Shown: piece after piece, positions 9,281-18,248 of the stretch
Layout: each line of letters starts with the position of its first letter
How positions within the stretch are numbered: the first letter of the stretch is position 1
Virus record (IMG/VR): IMGVR_UViG_3300033121_001869
Coordinates: 1 to 45,075 of that record
Strand: one strand, 5' to 3'
Source: a virus
Taxonomy: Duplodnaviria; Heunggongvirae; Uroviricota; Caudoviricetes
Length of the DNA: 45,075 bases
The notes under the pieces: model-generated
Told to the model about the DNA's origin: nothing
Databases searched by the model: none
What the model saw: only the letters and a program-made list of their open reading frames with translations
Translations under genes and position numbers: made by a program

Positions 9281-9369
9281 TCATATCCCAGTTAATATAG
9301 GATTATAACCTTAACAATTCTCTAATAATTTAGAATCACTGAAATGATTTAATCTCCACTTTCTTACCG

Positions 9370-9633
9370 TTATATACTTGGTATAAATAAGTGAATCATA
9401 TCTTTCATGAAATTTTCTTCATCGGAGTTATCTTCTTTTCTATTTGTTGATACTGATTTGTAAAATTCTTCTAAATCACTATCTGACATATTGTTTATTT
9501 CATCAAAACATTCAAATACGTTTATATCAAACGGTTTATTGTAATTAGAAAGGATATCAACTACATTGATAATATCATCAGATATTCTTTTTTCTCTACC
9601 AAGTGATTCATTATATTTTTTTAAATGTTTCAT
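9370..9633 (-). CDS. Hypothetical protein, MKHLKKYNES tag
   Basis: Acidic small ORF with shared tag; possible frameshifted 3' end. Confidence 0.7.
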   Translation of the reverse strand: MKHLKKYNESLGREKRISDDIINVVDILSNYNKPFDINVFECFDEINNMSDSDLEEFYKSVSTNRKEDNSDEENFMKDMIHLFIPSI

Positions 9634-9637
9634 TTTA

Positions 9638-9961
9638 TTAGTATGTTTTTATTAAATAGTCACCGTTTTCAATGTGACCATCAAATGCTAATTTATTCAT
9701 TAGCATATAAACTTCCGATCGTGAATATTCTTGTTTTTTAATCCATTTATCAAATTCCAGTCTTTCAAATTCTTCAGAATCAACTCCGATTTCAAATGTT
9801 TCATCATGTCCCATCTCCAAACAAGCTTCAATTTCTGGATTTTTTCCGTATAAATCCTCTATAAAAGATGCTAAATCAGAACAATCAACCGAATATACAA
9901 CCTGCTTGGTAAAAATTGATGGCATTGATTTATTTTCAATAAATAATTTTAAATGTTTCAT
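9638..9961 (-). CDS. Hypothetical protein, MKHLKLFIEN tag
   Basis: Acidic small ORF in tagged cluster. Confidence 0.75.
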   Translation of the reverse strand: MKHLKLFIENKSMPSIFTKQVVYSVDCSDLASFIEDLYGKNPEIEACLEMGHDETFEIGVDSEEFERLEFDKWIKKQEYSRSEVYMLMNKLAFDGHIENGDYLIKTY

Positions 9962-10194
9962 TAGTATCTACTTATTAATTCCATTAATATATTATTAAAT
10001 GTCATATCATAATCCGTACTACCCTCAGCTCCCTCATGTCCATTTTCCTCACACCACTCATAAAATTTAGGTTCCAATTCAGATATCAAATCTTGCATCT
10101 TTTTATATGCCTCAGCATATTCATCACTCCTTTCAAATCCACTTTGTGCGGAATATACTGGAGCTGATTCATTAAATTTCTTAAGATGTTTCAT
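9961..10194 (-). CDS. Hypothetical protein, MKHLKKFNES tag
   Basis: Acidic small ORF in tagged cluster. Confidence 0.75.
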   Translation of the reverse strand: MKHLKKFNESAPVYSAQSGFERSDEYAEAYKKMQDLISELEPKFYEWCEENGHEGAEGSTDYDMTFNNILMELISRY

Positions 10195-10198
10195 TTTA

Positions 10199-10582
10199 TT
10201 AATTTATTTTATTCCAAGGCTCAACAGATACCATCTCACATGCGGCATCGTCTTTAACAGCCACAATACAATCACAATTGTGTTTAGCACATTCAATTTC
10301 TGTATTATCATCATCAATATTGCTTTCTGGACATTTAACAGTAATTATCCAATATTCATCACCTTCTTTATTATCTAAAAAGTCTGGATTTACATCATCT
10401 AGTGTACGAACATAATACTCACCCGGTTCTGTCAAATTAACAACGGGGTGTGATGTTAATCTATATAATGTCACTATACCATCTTGAATTTCAAGATCAT
10501 GATGATCATGTACTATTGGTTCATTATCTTGTTCTAAATCCTCATTAATTAAAAAATCTTTGAAATTCTTAACTATTCTCAT
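10199..10582 (-). CDS. Hypothetical protein, MRIVKNFKDFLINE tag
   Basis: First gene of the tagged cluster, downstream of TAATATATA. Confidence 0.75.
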   Translation of the reverse strand: MRIVKNFKDFLINEDLEQDNEPIVHDHHDLEIQDGIVTLYRLTSHPVVNLTEPGEYYVRTLDDVNPDFLDNKEGDEYWIITVKCPESNIDDDNTEIECAKHNCDCIVAVKDDAACEMVSVEPWNKIN

Positions 10583-10600
10583 AATAAATTATTAATTTTA

Positions 10601-10612
10601 TAATATATATTA
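10601..10612. promoter_or_regulatory. Palindromic TAATATATATTA, putative bidirectional late promoter
   Basis: Contains TAATATATA on both strands between divergent genes 10582(-) and 10629(+). Same palindrome at 13629-13640. Confidence 0.55.
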
Positions 10613-10628
10613 ATAAATAAAACCCAAA

Positions 10629-11375
10629 ATGTATTCTAAAATATATGATTTTTGTAAAGTAAGAAACGAAGGATCTATATATTATAATGATCCACAAATT
10701 CCAACCAATAGGGTAATATTTCTATTAAAATTATTAAAATCAGAATCTATTGATTATGAATTAGATATATTTCCATATAGTGATACATCAGCATATAATA
10801 TAATTTTAAAAGGAACATCTAATAAAATGGTGGTGGCTCATCATGATATAGTAAATCCAAGAACGGATAATGCAAATGATAATTCAGCATCTGTTATAAA
10901 TGCTATAATGATTAAGAAATTAAGACCAGATATGAATGTGGTTATTCTTGATGCAGAAGAAGTAGGAGGATATGGATCCAAAAGGGTATCTGAGCAGATT
11001 AAGTCGGGTTATTTTGGCAACATTGATTGGGTACTTAACTTAGAATTAACTGGTAAAGGTGGTAAAAACTTTTTTATTGGTAACTACCCAGGTAGATTAC
11101 AAAATCATATAGTTAAACTATTTAATTGTCCAATCGTAGATACACCCTTTAATGATTCTGTGATATTTAGAAAAAATGGAATTGATTCTTGTGTAATTAA
11201 CCCCTTGCCAATTTTAGAAAATGGAAAAAAATCACATATAAAATTTGGTGACAATTTTCTAGATCATTCATTGTTATTCAATTGTCATACAAATAAAGAT
11301 TCAATAGAAACTATTGATACTTCTGATATGAAAGAATTTGTTGAAGATGTTGTTTTAAAAATAATAGATAATTAA
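10629..11375 (+). CDS. M28-family zinc metallopeptidase
   Basis: VAHHD, ANDNSAS, DAEEVG..GS, LNLE, FNDS and CHT..D metal-ligand motifs. Confidence 0.85.
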   Translation: MYSKIYDFCKVRNEGSIYYNDPQIPTNRVIFLLKLLKSESIDYELDIFPYSDTSAYNIILKGTSNKMVVAHHDIVNPRTDNANDNSASVINAIMIKKLRPDMNVVILDAEEVGGYGSKRVSEQIKSGYFGNIDWVLNLELTGKGGKNFFIGNYPGRLQNHIVKLFNCPIVDTPFNDSVIFRKNGIDSCVINPLPILENGKKSHIKFGDNFLDHSLLFNCHTNKDSIETIDTSDMKEFVEDVVLKIIDN

Positions 11376-12541
11376 TGGATATTTCTACCGAATTAGAAAT
11401 AATTGAAAAGAGAAGAAAAGGAGTATCAATTAAGAATATTTGTCAAGAATATAAAATTGATAAGTCCAGACTATATCGAATATTACATAGAAATGGTAGA
11501 GAAAAAATAATACCTAATAAAAAATATAGCGTAAATGATAGTTTTTTTGAAAATATAGATAGTGAGGAAAAAGCATATTGGTTGGGATTTTTCTATGCAG
11601 ACGGATATGTTAGTGATAAAAAGGGAGAAAATTATATTGAACTAGGACTATCATCATCGGATAAAAATCATATTTTACTTTTTGCAAATTGTATAGAATC
11701 TAACTATCCAATAAAAAATAGAAATAGCTCACCGAAATATTTAAAAAAAGATGGTCAAAAGTGCGAATCTACACATTTGAAGATTTATAATTCTAAATTA
11801 GTAAATGATCTAATAAAATTAGGATGTATGAATAAAAAAAGTTGGAAAATAACATATCCCAATTTCATTAAATCGGAAATGGAAAGACATTTTATAAGAG
11901 GATATTTTGATGGAGATGGATCTGTAAGAAAAAGAGGACCAAATCAATATGAAGTGAGTATTGCAGGAAATTATGATTTTATAAATGGCTTAAAAAGGTC
12001 AATAGAGGAAAAAGGTATAAAAAAATCTTATATTACAGTAAGGAAGAAGGATAGATTGGCGTCTTTGGTCATATCAAATAATAAAGACTGTACATCTTTT
12101 TATAAATTGATATATGAAAATATAAATTCAAAATGTTTTTTAAAAAGAAAAAAATCAATACTTGATAACATAACCAATATAGAAAAAAGAAAAGATTATA
12201 AGTCATATAAATTAACAGATAACAATGGTGAAATTTATACAGTAAATGATGGTCTTGAGAAATTCTGTAAAAAAATGATGATAGATTATTTAAAAATAAA
12301 AAAGTCAATAGATAAAAATAAGAGTGTTAATGGTTGGAAAATAGAGAGAATTATTGAATCAACAAGTACTATGAGGTATATAAAACTATTTGAGGAGTTT
12401 ATAGATGTTGTTAAACTAGATAAAAAGGTATCTAGTAAAGACATTGAGAAATCTTTAAATAGAGAAATAAAAACAAAGGATCCTATTGTTTTTAAAGACA
12501 CTAAAGGAGTATATCAAATAAAAAATTGGAAAACATACTAA
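11375..12541 (+). CDS. LAGLIDADG homing endonuclease, read through in frame into a tagged small protein
   Basis: KAYWLGFFYADG and HFIRGYFDGDG; last 56 aa begin MRYIKLFEEF at ATG 12371. Confidence 0.88.
   Translation: MDISTELEIIEKRRKGVSIKNICQEYKIDKSRLYRILHRNGREKIIPNKKYSVNDSFFENIDSEEKAYWLGFFYADGYVSDKKGENYIELGLSSSDKNHILLFANCIESNYPIKNRNSSPKYLKKDGQKCESTHLKIYNSKLVNDLIKLGCMNKKSWKITYPNFIKSEMERHFIRGYFDGDGSVRKRGPNQYEVSIAGNYDFINGLKRSIEEKGIKKSYITVRKKDRLASLVISNNKDCTSFYKLIYENINSKCFLKRKKSILDNITNIEKRKDYKSYKLTDNNGEIYTVNDGLEKFCKKMMIDYLKIKKSIDKNKSVNGWKIERIIESTSTMRYIKLFEEFIDVVKLDKKVSSKDIEKSLNREIKTKDPIVFKDTKGVYQIKNWKTY
12371..12541 (+). CDS. Small protein with MRYIKLFEE tag, embedded as the C-terminus of the LAGLIDADG ORF
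   Basis: Internal ATG followed by the tag seen at true N-termini elsewhere. Confidence 0.55.
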   Translation: MRYIKLFEEFIDVVKLDKKVSSKDIEKSLNREIKTKDPIVFKDTKGVYQIKNWKTY

Positions 12542-12586
12542 TTATTAAAACTTTTGTTGTATTTTTGGTAAAATTTTCAAGCCTTT

Positions 12587-12728
12587 ATGTCTAAAATAGA
12601 AATAGAAAGAAAATTCTTACTCAAATCACTACCTAAAATAGATCCAGATGATTCTATCGATATTGAACAACTCTATCTATCCAATGGGTAAGCTATATTG
12701 GGAAGTCGATGAATTTCACAATCATTAA
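12587..12728 (+). pseudogene. CYTH-domain remnant (internally deleted and truncated)
   Basis: MSKIEIERKFLLK..IEQLYL joined out of frame to YPMGKLYWEVDEF; both are CYTH signatures normally far apart. Confidence 0.75.
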
Positions 12729-12745
12729 AAATAAACAAATAATTT

Positions 12746-13627
12746 CTATGGACACTTTTGAAAATCGGATATAAAAGAATTCGATTTTTTAGAGTTTATA
12801 CTTCTTTTTGTAATTACAAGATTGCTAATATCACCAATAATTATTGGAGGTATTTTTCTATGAAATCCCTCAAATACGGATATTTTGTGATCTATTGTAG
12901 GAAATTCTTTACTATTATGATGTAGTTCTAAATTATTTTTAATATACTCACCATCATAAAAATCACATCCATTCCAATTTTCAAAAATCTCTTGTTTAAA
13001 TGTTCTTGTAATTCTTCTTACCTCATTTTTATAATTCTGCCATTCAAAATTCAAATTGTCTTCTACAATTTTCCAATTTTTAATCCTTGATTCTCTTAAT
13101 TCTTTTTTGAATTGCTCACATTTAAAAATGTTATCAACTCCATATTTTCCAATATTTGTATCTTTCCTTTTTTGTTTAACTTCATTAGATTGTGATGGAA
13201 ATTCAACACCAAATCTTTTTAAATTGGTTTCTCGTGTCTTTTTTCTAATTTCTGGGGATAACAGACAACAATAAGTTCCATATTTTTTAAAATTGGTTTG
13301 TTTTAGTTTATTAAGAATATCTTTCGATTTTAGAGGACTCTCAGTGCCATATTTGATAAGATTTGTTTTTTTTGTTTTATGTTCTATTGAACAATCTTTA
13401 CAGGTGTAAAGATTATATTTTGAAAAGCATGTTTTATAATTATAAAAACTCACATTTAAAATTTTATAGCAAATATCACATGATACATCAAGGTATATAT
13501 TCGAACCTTTAGGTAAATCATTTACATTCACGATCAAAATATCACCTTCAATCACATAGTTCAATTTCTTATAGTAATTCCTATTTCTGTTGGTTATTTT
13601 AACTTCAACCTTTTCTTGAATTATCAT
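12746..13627 (-). CDS. HNH-type homing endonuclease with KTNLxKYG repeats
   Basis: CDIC/CKDC Zn ligands; four TN.KKYG-like repeats; PTIDHKIS..NL..IN C-terminus. Likely start ATG 13627. Confidence 0.8.
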   Translation of the reverse strand: MIIQEKVEVKITNRNRNYYKKLNYVIEGDILIVNVNDLPKGSNIYLDVSCDICYKILNVSFYNYKTCFSKYNLYTCKDCSIEHKTKKTNLIKYGTESPLKSKDILNKLKQTNFKKYGTYCCLLSPEIRKKTRETNLKRFGVEFPSQSNEVKQKRKDTNIGKYGVDNIFKCEQFKKELRESRIKNWKIVEDNLNFEWQNYKNEVRRITRTFKQEIFENWNGCDFYDGEYIKNNLELHHNSKEFPTIDHKISVFEGFHRKIPPIIIGDISNLVITKRSINSKKSNSFISDFQKCP

Positions 13628-13668
13628 ATAATATATATTAAAAATCAATTCTCCTTTTAAAATAATAT

Positions 13669-14235
13669 ATGTTTATGGAACTAAGAATGTACGGGTTGGT
13701 CAATTATCAATTGACCGGAATTCAACAAGGAATACAATTTCTACATGGAGTGGTAGAATATGGTCAAATGGCTAAAGAATTGGGTGGTACTATACTAACT
13801 CAATATGATGAATGGGCAAATAAACACAAAACGGTAATTTTACTTAATGGCGGAACGACTAATAAAAATCCAAATAACTTAGGAACTCTAAATAAACATT
13901 TAGTAACTCTAAAAGAAAATGGTATTTTCTGTTCAGAATTTTATGAGCCAGATCTTGGGGATCAATTAACAGGTGTTGTCTTCTTAGTTGAGGAAGAAGT
14001 TTTTCTAAAAGATGAAAAAGGAAAATTTGTATATCTAGAATTTGAAGATTGGATATTTAATCATCCAAAATTACCAAGTGAGTACACAAAATTAACTTTT
14101 AAAAATCCAAAGGAGTTATGTAAAAACTCAACAAATCCATTTTATAAAAATTTCTATATAGAGTGGGTTGAATATATGGGAGGTGAGAAAAATGTCTTTC
14201 TAAGGGAATTTCTAAAAAATTTTAGATTAGCATGA
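13669..14235 (+). CDS. Peptidyl-tRNA hydrolase Pth2-like phage protein
   Basis: RMY.LV..QL..IQQGIQ..H, KTVILLNGG, FYEPDLGDQLT pattern. Confidence 0.6.
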   Translation: MFMELRMYGLVNYQLTGIQQGIQFLHGVVEYGQMAKELGGTILTQYDEWANKHKTVILLNGGTTNKNPNNLGTLNKHLVTLKENGIFCSEFYEPDLGDQLTGVVFLVEEEVFLKDEKGKFVYLEFEDWIFNHPKLPSEYTKLTFKNPKELCKNSTNPFYKNFYIEWVEYMGGEKNVFLREFLKNFRLA

Positions 14236-14591
14236 TAAAAAATATTAAAATAGGAAGCGAAGTTTTTGAATATCACGACTTAAGTTGCCAACTATCAATA
14301 GATGGTCATTCAACTTTATTTCTTTCTTTTGATATCTATAAACACGAACATTATAAACAATATTTTTTATCCTTATATGATGATCATACTCATTTTAATA
14401 TACTATCATCTGGATTTATTTCTAAAAGAAATATTATAAAGTCAATAGATATTGATCCAAAAAATAAATTACTAACTCTAATAATTAAGTCTGATGCTAT
14501 TGATATAATTCCAGCTGAGCAAAGAAGAGATGATACTATTAACGAATTATTAAATACAACTTTCAAAAGTAACAATTCTATAAATAACTAA
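14232..14591 (+). CDS. Hypothetical protein with RRDDTINELL tag near the C-terminus
   Basis: ATGA overlap; shared motif. Confidence 0.65.
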   Translation: MIKNIKIGSEVFEYHDLSCQLSIDGHSTLFLSFDIYKHEHYKQYFLSLYDDHTHFNILSSGFISKRNIIKSIDIDPKNKLLTLIIKSDAIDIIPAEQRRDDTINELLNTTFKSNNSINN

Positions 14592-14601
14592 TAAATACAT
14601 T

Positions 14602-16719
14602 ATGAATATTAATACCGAATACCTAAAAAATTACAACTTCAAAAATGCCGTTGAAGATGAGGATGAAGATGAAGATCAATTCTCAAAAAGTAATAAAAAA
14701 CCAGCAAACTCAAATTCAAAAACACCAATATTAGATTCCTTCAGTAGGGATTTGACAAAAATGGCAGTTGATGGAAAATTGGATATAATCGTTGGTAGAA
14801 ATAAAGAAATTGAAAGAGTTTCTCAAATTCTTTCAAGAAGAAAGAAAAATAACCCAATATTAATCGGTGAACCAGGTGTTGGTAAATCAGCGATTGCTGA
14901 AGGATTGGCAATAAAAATCGTTCAGAGAAAATGCTCTAGGATTCTTTTCAATAAAAGAATTGTGATTCTTGATCTAGCATCAATGGTTGCTGGTACAAAG
15001 TACAGAGGACAATTTGAAGAAAGGATTAAAGCACTGATGGGTGAATTAGAAAAAAACCCTGATGTTATACTATTCATTGATGAAATACACACAATGATAG
15101 GTGCTGGTGGTGCATCTGGATCATTGGACGCATCAAATATGTTTAAACCCGCTTTAGCAAGGGGTGAAATCCAAATTATTGGAGCCACAACTATTGATGA
15201 ATATAGAAAACACATCGAGAAGGATGGTGCTTTGGAAAGAAGATTTCAAAAAGTAATGGTAGAACCAGCAACAGCTGAGGAATCATTACAAATATTAATG
15301 AATATAAAAGATAAATATGAAAATCATCACCATGTTAAATATACAGATGAGGCTATTAGGGCATGTGTTGATCTAACAAATAGATACATGACAGATAGAT
15401 TTCTACCTGATAAAGCAATTGATGCATTAGATGAAGCAGGAGCTCGTGTACATATATCTAATATTGTTGTCCCAAAAGACATAACTAATATTGAAAAAAA
15501 GATATCAGAAATAAAAGATAAGAAATCAGAGGTTGTTAGATCTCAAAGATATGAAGAGGCTGCAAAATTAAGGGATGTTGAAAAACAACTTCAAACTGAA
15601 CTTGAATCCGCCCGTAAAAAATGGGAAGAAGATTCAAAAGATAATAGACAAACAGTTACCGAAGAAAATGTAGCAGAAGTTGTGTCTATGATTACAGGAG
15701 TTCCATTAACTAAGGTATCTCAAAATGAGAATTCTAAATTGTCCAAAATGTATGAGTCTATGTCAGGCAAAGTAATTGGACAAGAAGAGGCTATTCAAAA
15801 AGTAACAAAAGCAATTCAAAGAGGAAGAGTAGGTCTAAAAGATCCAAATCGTCCTATCGGATCATTCATATTTTTAGGACCAACTGGTGTTGGTAAAACC
15901 GAATTAGCTAAACAATTGGCTAAATATCTATTTGATTCCGAGGACTCACTTATAAGAATTGATATGTCTGAGTTTATGGAAAAGTTTTCTATCTCAAGGC
16001 TTATCGGAGCACCTCCGGGATATATCGGACATGATGAGGGAGGACAACTAACCGAGAAAGTTAGAAGAAAACCATATTCTGTTATCTTATTAGATGAGAT
16101 TGAAAAAGCACACCCAGAAGTATTTAACTTACTATTGCAAGTTTTAGATGATGGACAATTAACTGATTCTTTGGGTAGAAAAGTTAGTTTTAAAAACTCC
16201 ATTATTATCATGACATCTAATACAGGAAGTAGGAGACTAAAAGACTTCGGAACAGGAGTTGGTTTCAATACAAAAAATAGAGAAAATCTAAAATCGAGTA
16301 TTGAAAAAGATATAGTTGAAAAAGAGTTGAAAAAGTCCTTTGCTCCCGAATTCCTAAATAGGATAGATGATGTTATTACATTTAATTCTCTTGAGAAAGA
16401 AGATATTGAAAAAATTGTATTAATTGAAATCAATAAACTAAAATCTAGAGTTACTGATTTAGAGTTTGACTTAGATATTACACAGGAAGCTATTGATAAT
16501 ATTGTGAAAAATGGATTTGATCCAGCTTATGGAGCTCGACCATTAAAAAGGGCTATACAGAAATATGTTGAAGATGTTGTAACAGAGGAAATAATAGCAA
16601 GTAATCCAAGTAAAGGATCAAAAATAACCCTTGATTATAATTCAGAAGAAGATAAAATGATTGTTAAAGTTTCAAAAAAGAAAAGGAAGAAAGATGGAGA
16701 AGAAAGTGGAGAGAATTAA
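14602..16719 (+). CDS. clpC: ClpC-type AAA+ unfoldase lacking the Clp N-domain
   Basis: Walker A GEPGVGKS and GPTGVGKT; FIDEIH, LLDEIEKAHP; UVR-like middle domain (QRYEEAAKLRD); GVGF ClpP-docking loop; GARPL. Confidence 0.93.
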   Translation: MNINTEYLKNYNFKNAVEDEDEDEDQFSKSNKKPANSNSKTPILDSFSRDLTKMAVDGKLDIIVGRNKEIERVSQILSRRKKNNPILIGEPGVGKSAIAEGLAIKIVQRKCSRILFNKRIVILDLASMVAGTKYRGQFEERIKALMGELEKNPDVILFIDEIHTMIGAGGASGSLDASNMFKPALARGEIQIIGATTIDEYRKHIEKDGALERRFQKVMVEPATAEESLQILMNIKDKYENHHHVKYTDEAIRACVDLTNRYMTDRFLPDKAIDALDEAGARVHISNIVVPKDITNIEKKISEIKDKKSEVVRSQRYEEAAKLRDVEKQLQTELESARKKWEEDSKDNRQTVTEENVAEVVSMITGVPLTKVSQNENSKLSKMYESMSGKVIGQEEAIQKVTKAIQRGRVGLKDPNRPIGSFIFLGPTGVGKTELAKQLAKYLFDSEDSLIRIDMSEFMEKFSISRLIGAPPGYIGHDEGGQLTEKVRRKPYSVILLDEIEKAHPEVFNLLLQVLDDGQLTDSLGRKVSFKNSIIIMTSNTGSRRLKDFGTGVGFNTKNRENLKSSIEKDIVEKELKKSFAPEFLNRIDDVITFNSLEKEDIEKIVLIEINKLKSRVTDLEFDLDITQEAIDNIVKNGFDPAYGARPLKRAIQKYVEDVVTEEIIASNPSKGSKITLDYNSEEDKMIVKVSKKKRKKDGEESGEN

Positions 16720-16915
16720 TGGAAATCAACTATTATTAAGTTCCATTGTTGGAAAAACTACAAAAGAAGGAAAGGACTTAGCTAATTTTAACGGATACTT
16801 ATTCCGAGTAATTAGAGAGGATGATGAACAATTTTTCGTTACAATGGAACTAAGAGGTGATAGAATCCAAGTAGAAATAGATAATGGAATTATAACTAAA
16901 GCATCAATATCATAA
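16694..16915 (+). CDS. Peptidase inhibitor I78-like small protein
   Basis: IVGK..RVI..VTMELRGDRIQVEIDNGIITKA matches the VTMDYR.DRLNV pattern. Confidence 0.6.
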   Translation: MEKKVERINGNQLLLSSIVGKTTKEGKDLANFNGYLFRVIREDDEQFFVTMELRGDRIQVEIDNGIITKASIS

Positions 16916-16917
16916 AA

Positions 16918-17544
16918 ATGGCAAACGGAGTTTATAAAATCACTGAGGATTTCGAGAAAGCGTTATCCGATTATACTGGAGCACCATATGTTGTAACAGT
17001 AGATAATGCTAGTAATGCATTATTTCTAGCACTAATGTATGAGAACGTAAAAGGTAAAGAAATAACAATACCTAATAGAACATATCCATCTGTTCCATGT
17101 GAAGTAATACATGCTGGCGGAAAGATTAAATTTGAAAAGGTTGCTGGAAAAACAATAAAAGGAGCATACCAACTAAAACCAACTAATGTTTGGGATTCAG
17201 CTTTAAGATTTACCAGTAATATGTATATTCCGGGATCACATATGTGTATATCATTTACTGGTCCATATAAGCACTTTAAATTAAGTAAAGGTGGTGCTAT
17301 CTTAACAGATAATCATGATGCATATCTTTGGTTTAAAAGAGCTAGATATTCTGGTAGAAGAGAATGTTCATATCATGATGATCACTTTGATATGTTGGGT
17401 TGGAATTTTTACATGATGCCTGAATTGGCAGCTCGTGGTTTACTACTTATGAATCAATTTTATGATGGTGATAAACCAAAATCACTTCCTGATTTAGAAA
17501 TGCCATACCCAGATTTGTCCAAATTTGAAATCTATAAACAGTGA
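16918..17544 (+). CDS. DegT/DnrJ/EryC1/StrS PLP aminotransferase-like (short form)
   Basis: FEKAL..NASNALFLAL, WDSA, SF.GPYKH..GGAILTD; only 208 aa. Confidence 0.85.
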   Translation: MANGVYKITEDFEKALSDYTGAPYVVTVDNASNALFLALMYENVKGKEITIPNRTYPSVPCEVIHAGGKIKFEKVAGKTIKGAYQLKPTNVWDSALRFTSNMYIPGSHMCISFTGPYKHFKLSKGGAILTDNHDAYLWFKRARYSGRRECSYHDDHFDMLGWNFYMMPELAARGLLLMNQFYDGDKPKSLPDLEMPYPDLSKFEIYKQ

Positions 17545-18248
17545 TAGAGAAGAGTATAGCTATAATGCAGCCTTACTTTTTACCATATATTGGATATTTT
17601 CAATTAATCCAATCAGTTGATGAATTCATAATATACGATAATATACAATATACCAAAAAGGGATGGATAAATAGAAATCGAATCTTAGTGGAAGGTACTG
17701 ATAAAATGTTTACAATTCCTCTTAAAAAAGATTCTGACTTTTTAAATGTATATGAAAGGGAAATTTCTTCTGATTGGATTAAAGATCGATTAAAAATAAT
17801 CAATCAGATTAAAACATATTCGAAAGCTCCATATTTTAAAGAAGTTTTTCCATTGATAGAAAAAATATTTAATAGTAATATTTCAAACTTATTTGAGTTT
17901 ATCTATAATTCATTAACTATCATTAATGAATATTTAGAAATAAAAACAAAAATAGTCATATCATCAACAATCGATATAGATCATAACTTGAAATCTCAAG
18001 ATAAGGTAATTGCTATATGTAAAAAAAGAAATGCCACCCAGTATATTAATGCTATAGGTGGGGTTGAATTATATGATAAAAGTGATTTTCAGAACAATAA
18101 TATAAAATTAAACTTCATAAAATCCGATCCTATAATTTATAAACAATTTAAAAATGAATTTATTCCTTGGTTATCTATAATAGATGTAATGATGTTTAAT
18201 TCCAAAGAAGAAATATCTAAATATTTAAAATCATATACTCTAATATGA
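17541..18248 (+). CDS. wbqC: WbqC-family protein
   Basis: AIMQPYFLPYIGYFQLI, GWINRNRI, YINAIGG..LY, LSIIDVMMFN. Confidence 0.9.
   Translation: MIEKSIAIMQPYFLPYIGYFQLIQSVDEFIIYDNIQYTKKGWINRNRILVEGTDKMFTIPLKKDSDFLNVYEREISSDWIKDRLKIINQIKTYSKAPYFKEVFPLIEKIFNSNISNLFEFIYNSLTIINEYLEIKTKIVISSTIDIDHNLKSQDKVIAICKKRNATQYINAIGGVELYDKSDFQNNNIKLNFIKSDPIIYKQFKNEFIPWLSIIDVMMFNSKEEISKYLKSYTLI

Noticed and set aside
14922-16433. Antisense ORFs inside clpC and similar short shadow ORFs (e.g. 2581, 5651, 27390, 27410, 36870, 36976)
   Set aside because: They overlap well-supported genes and have no motifs; shadow frames
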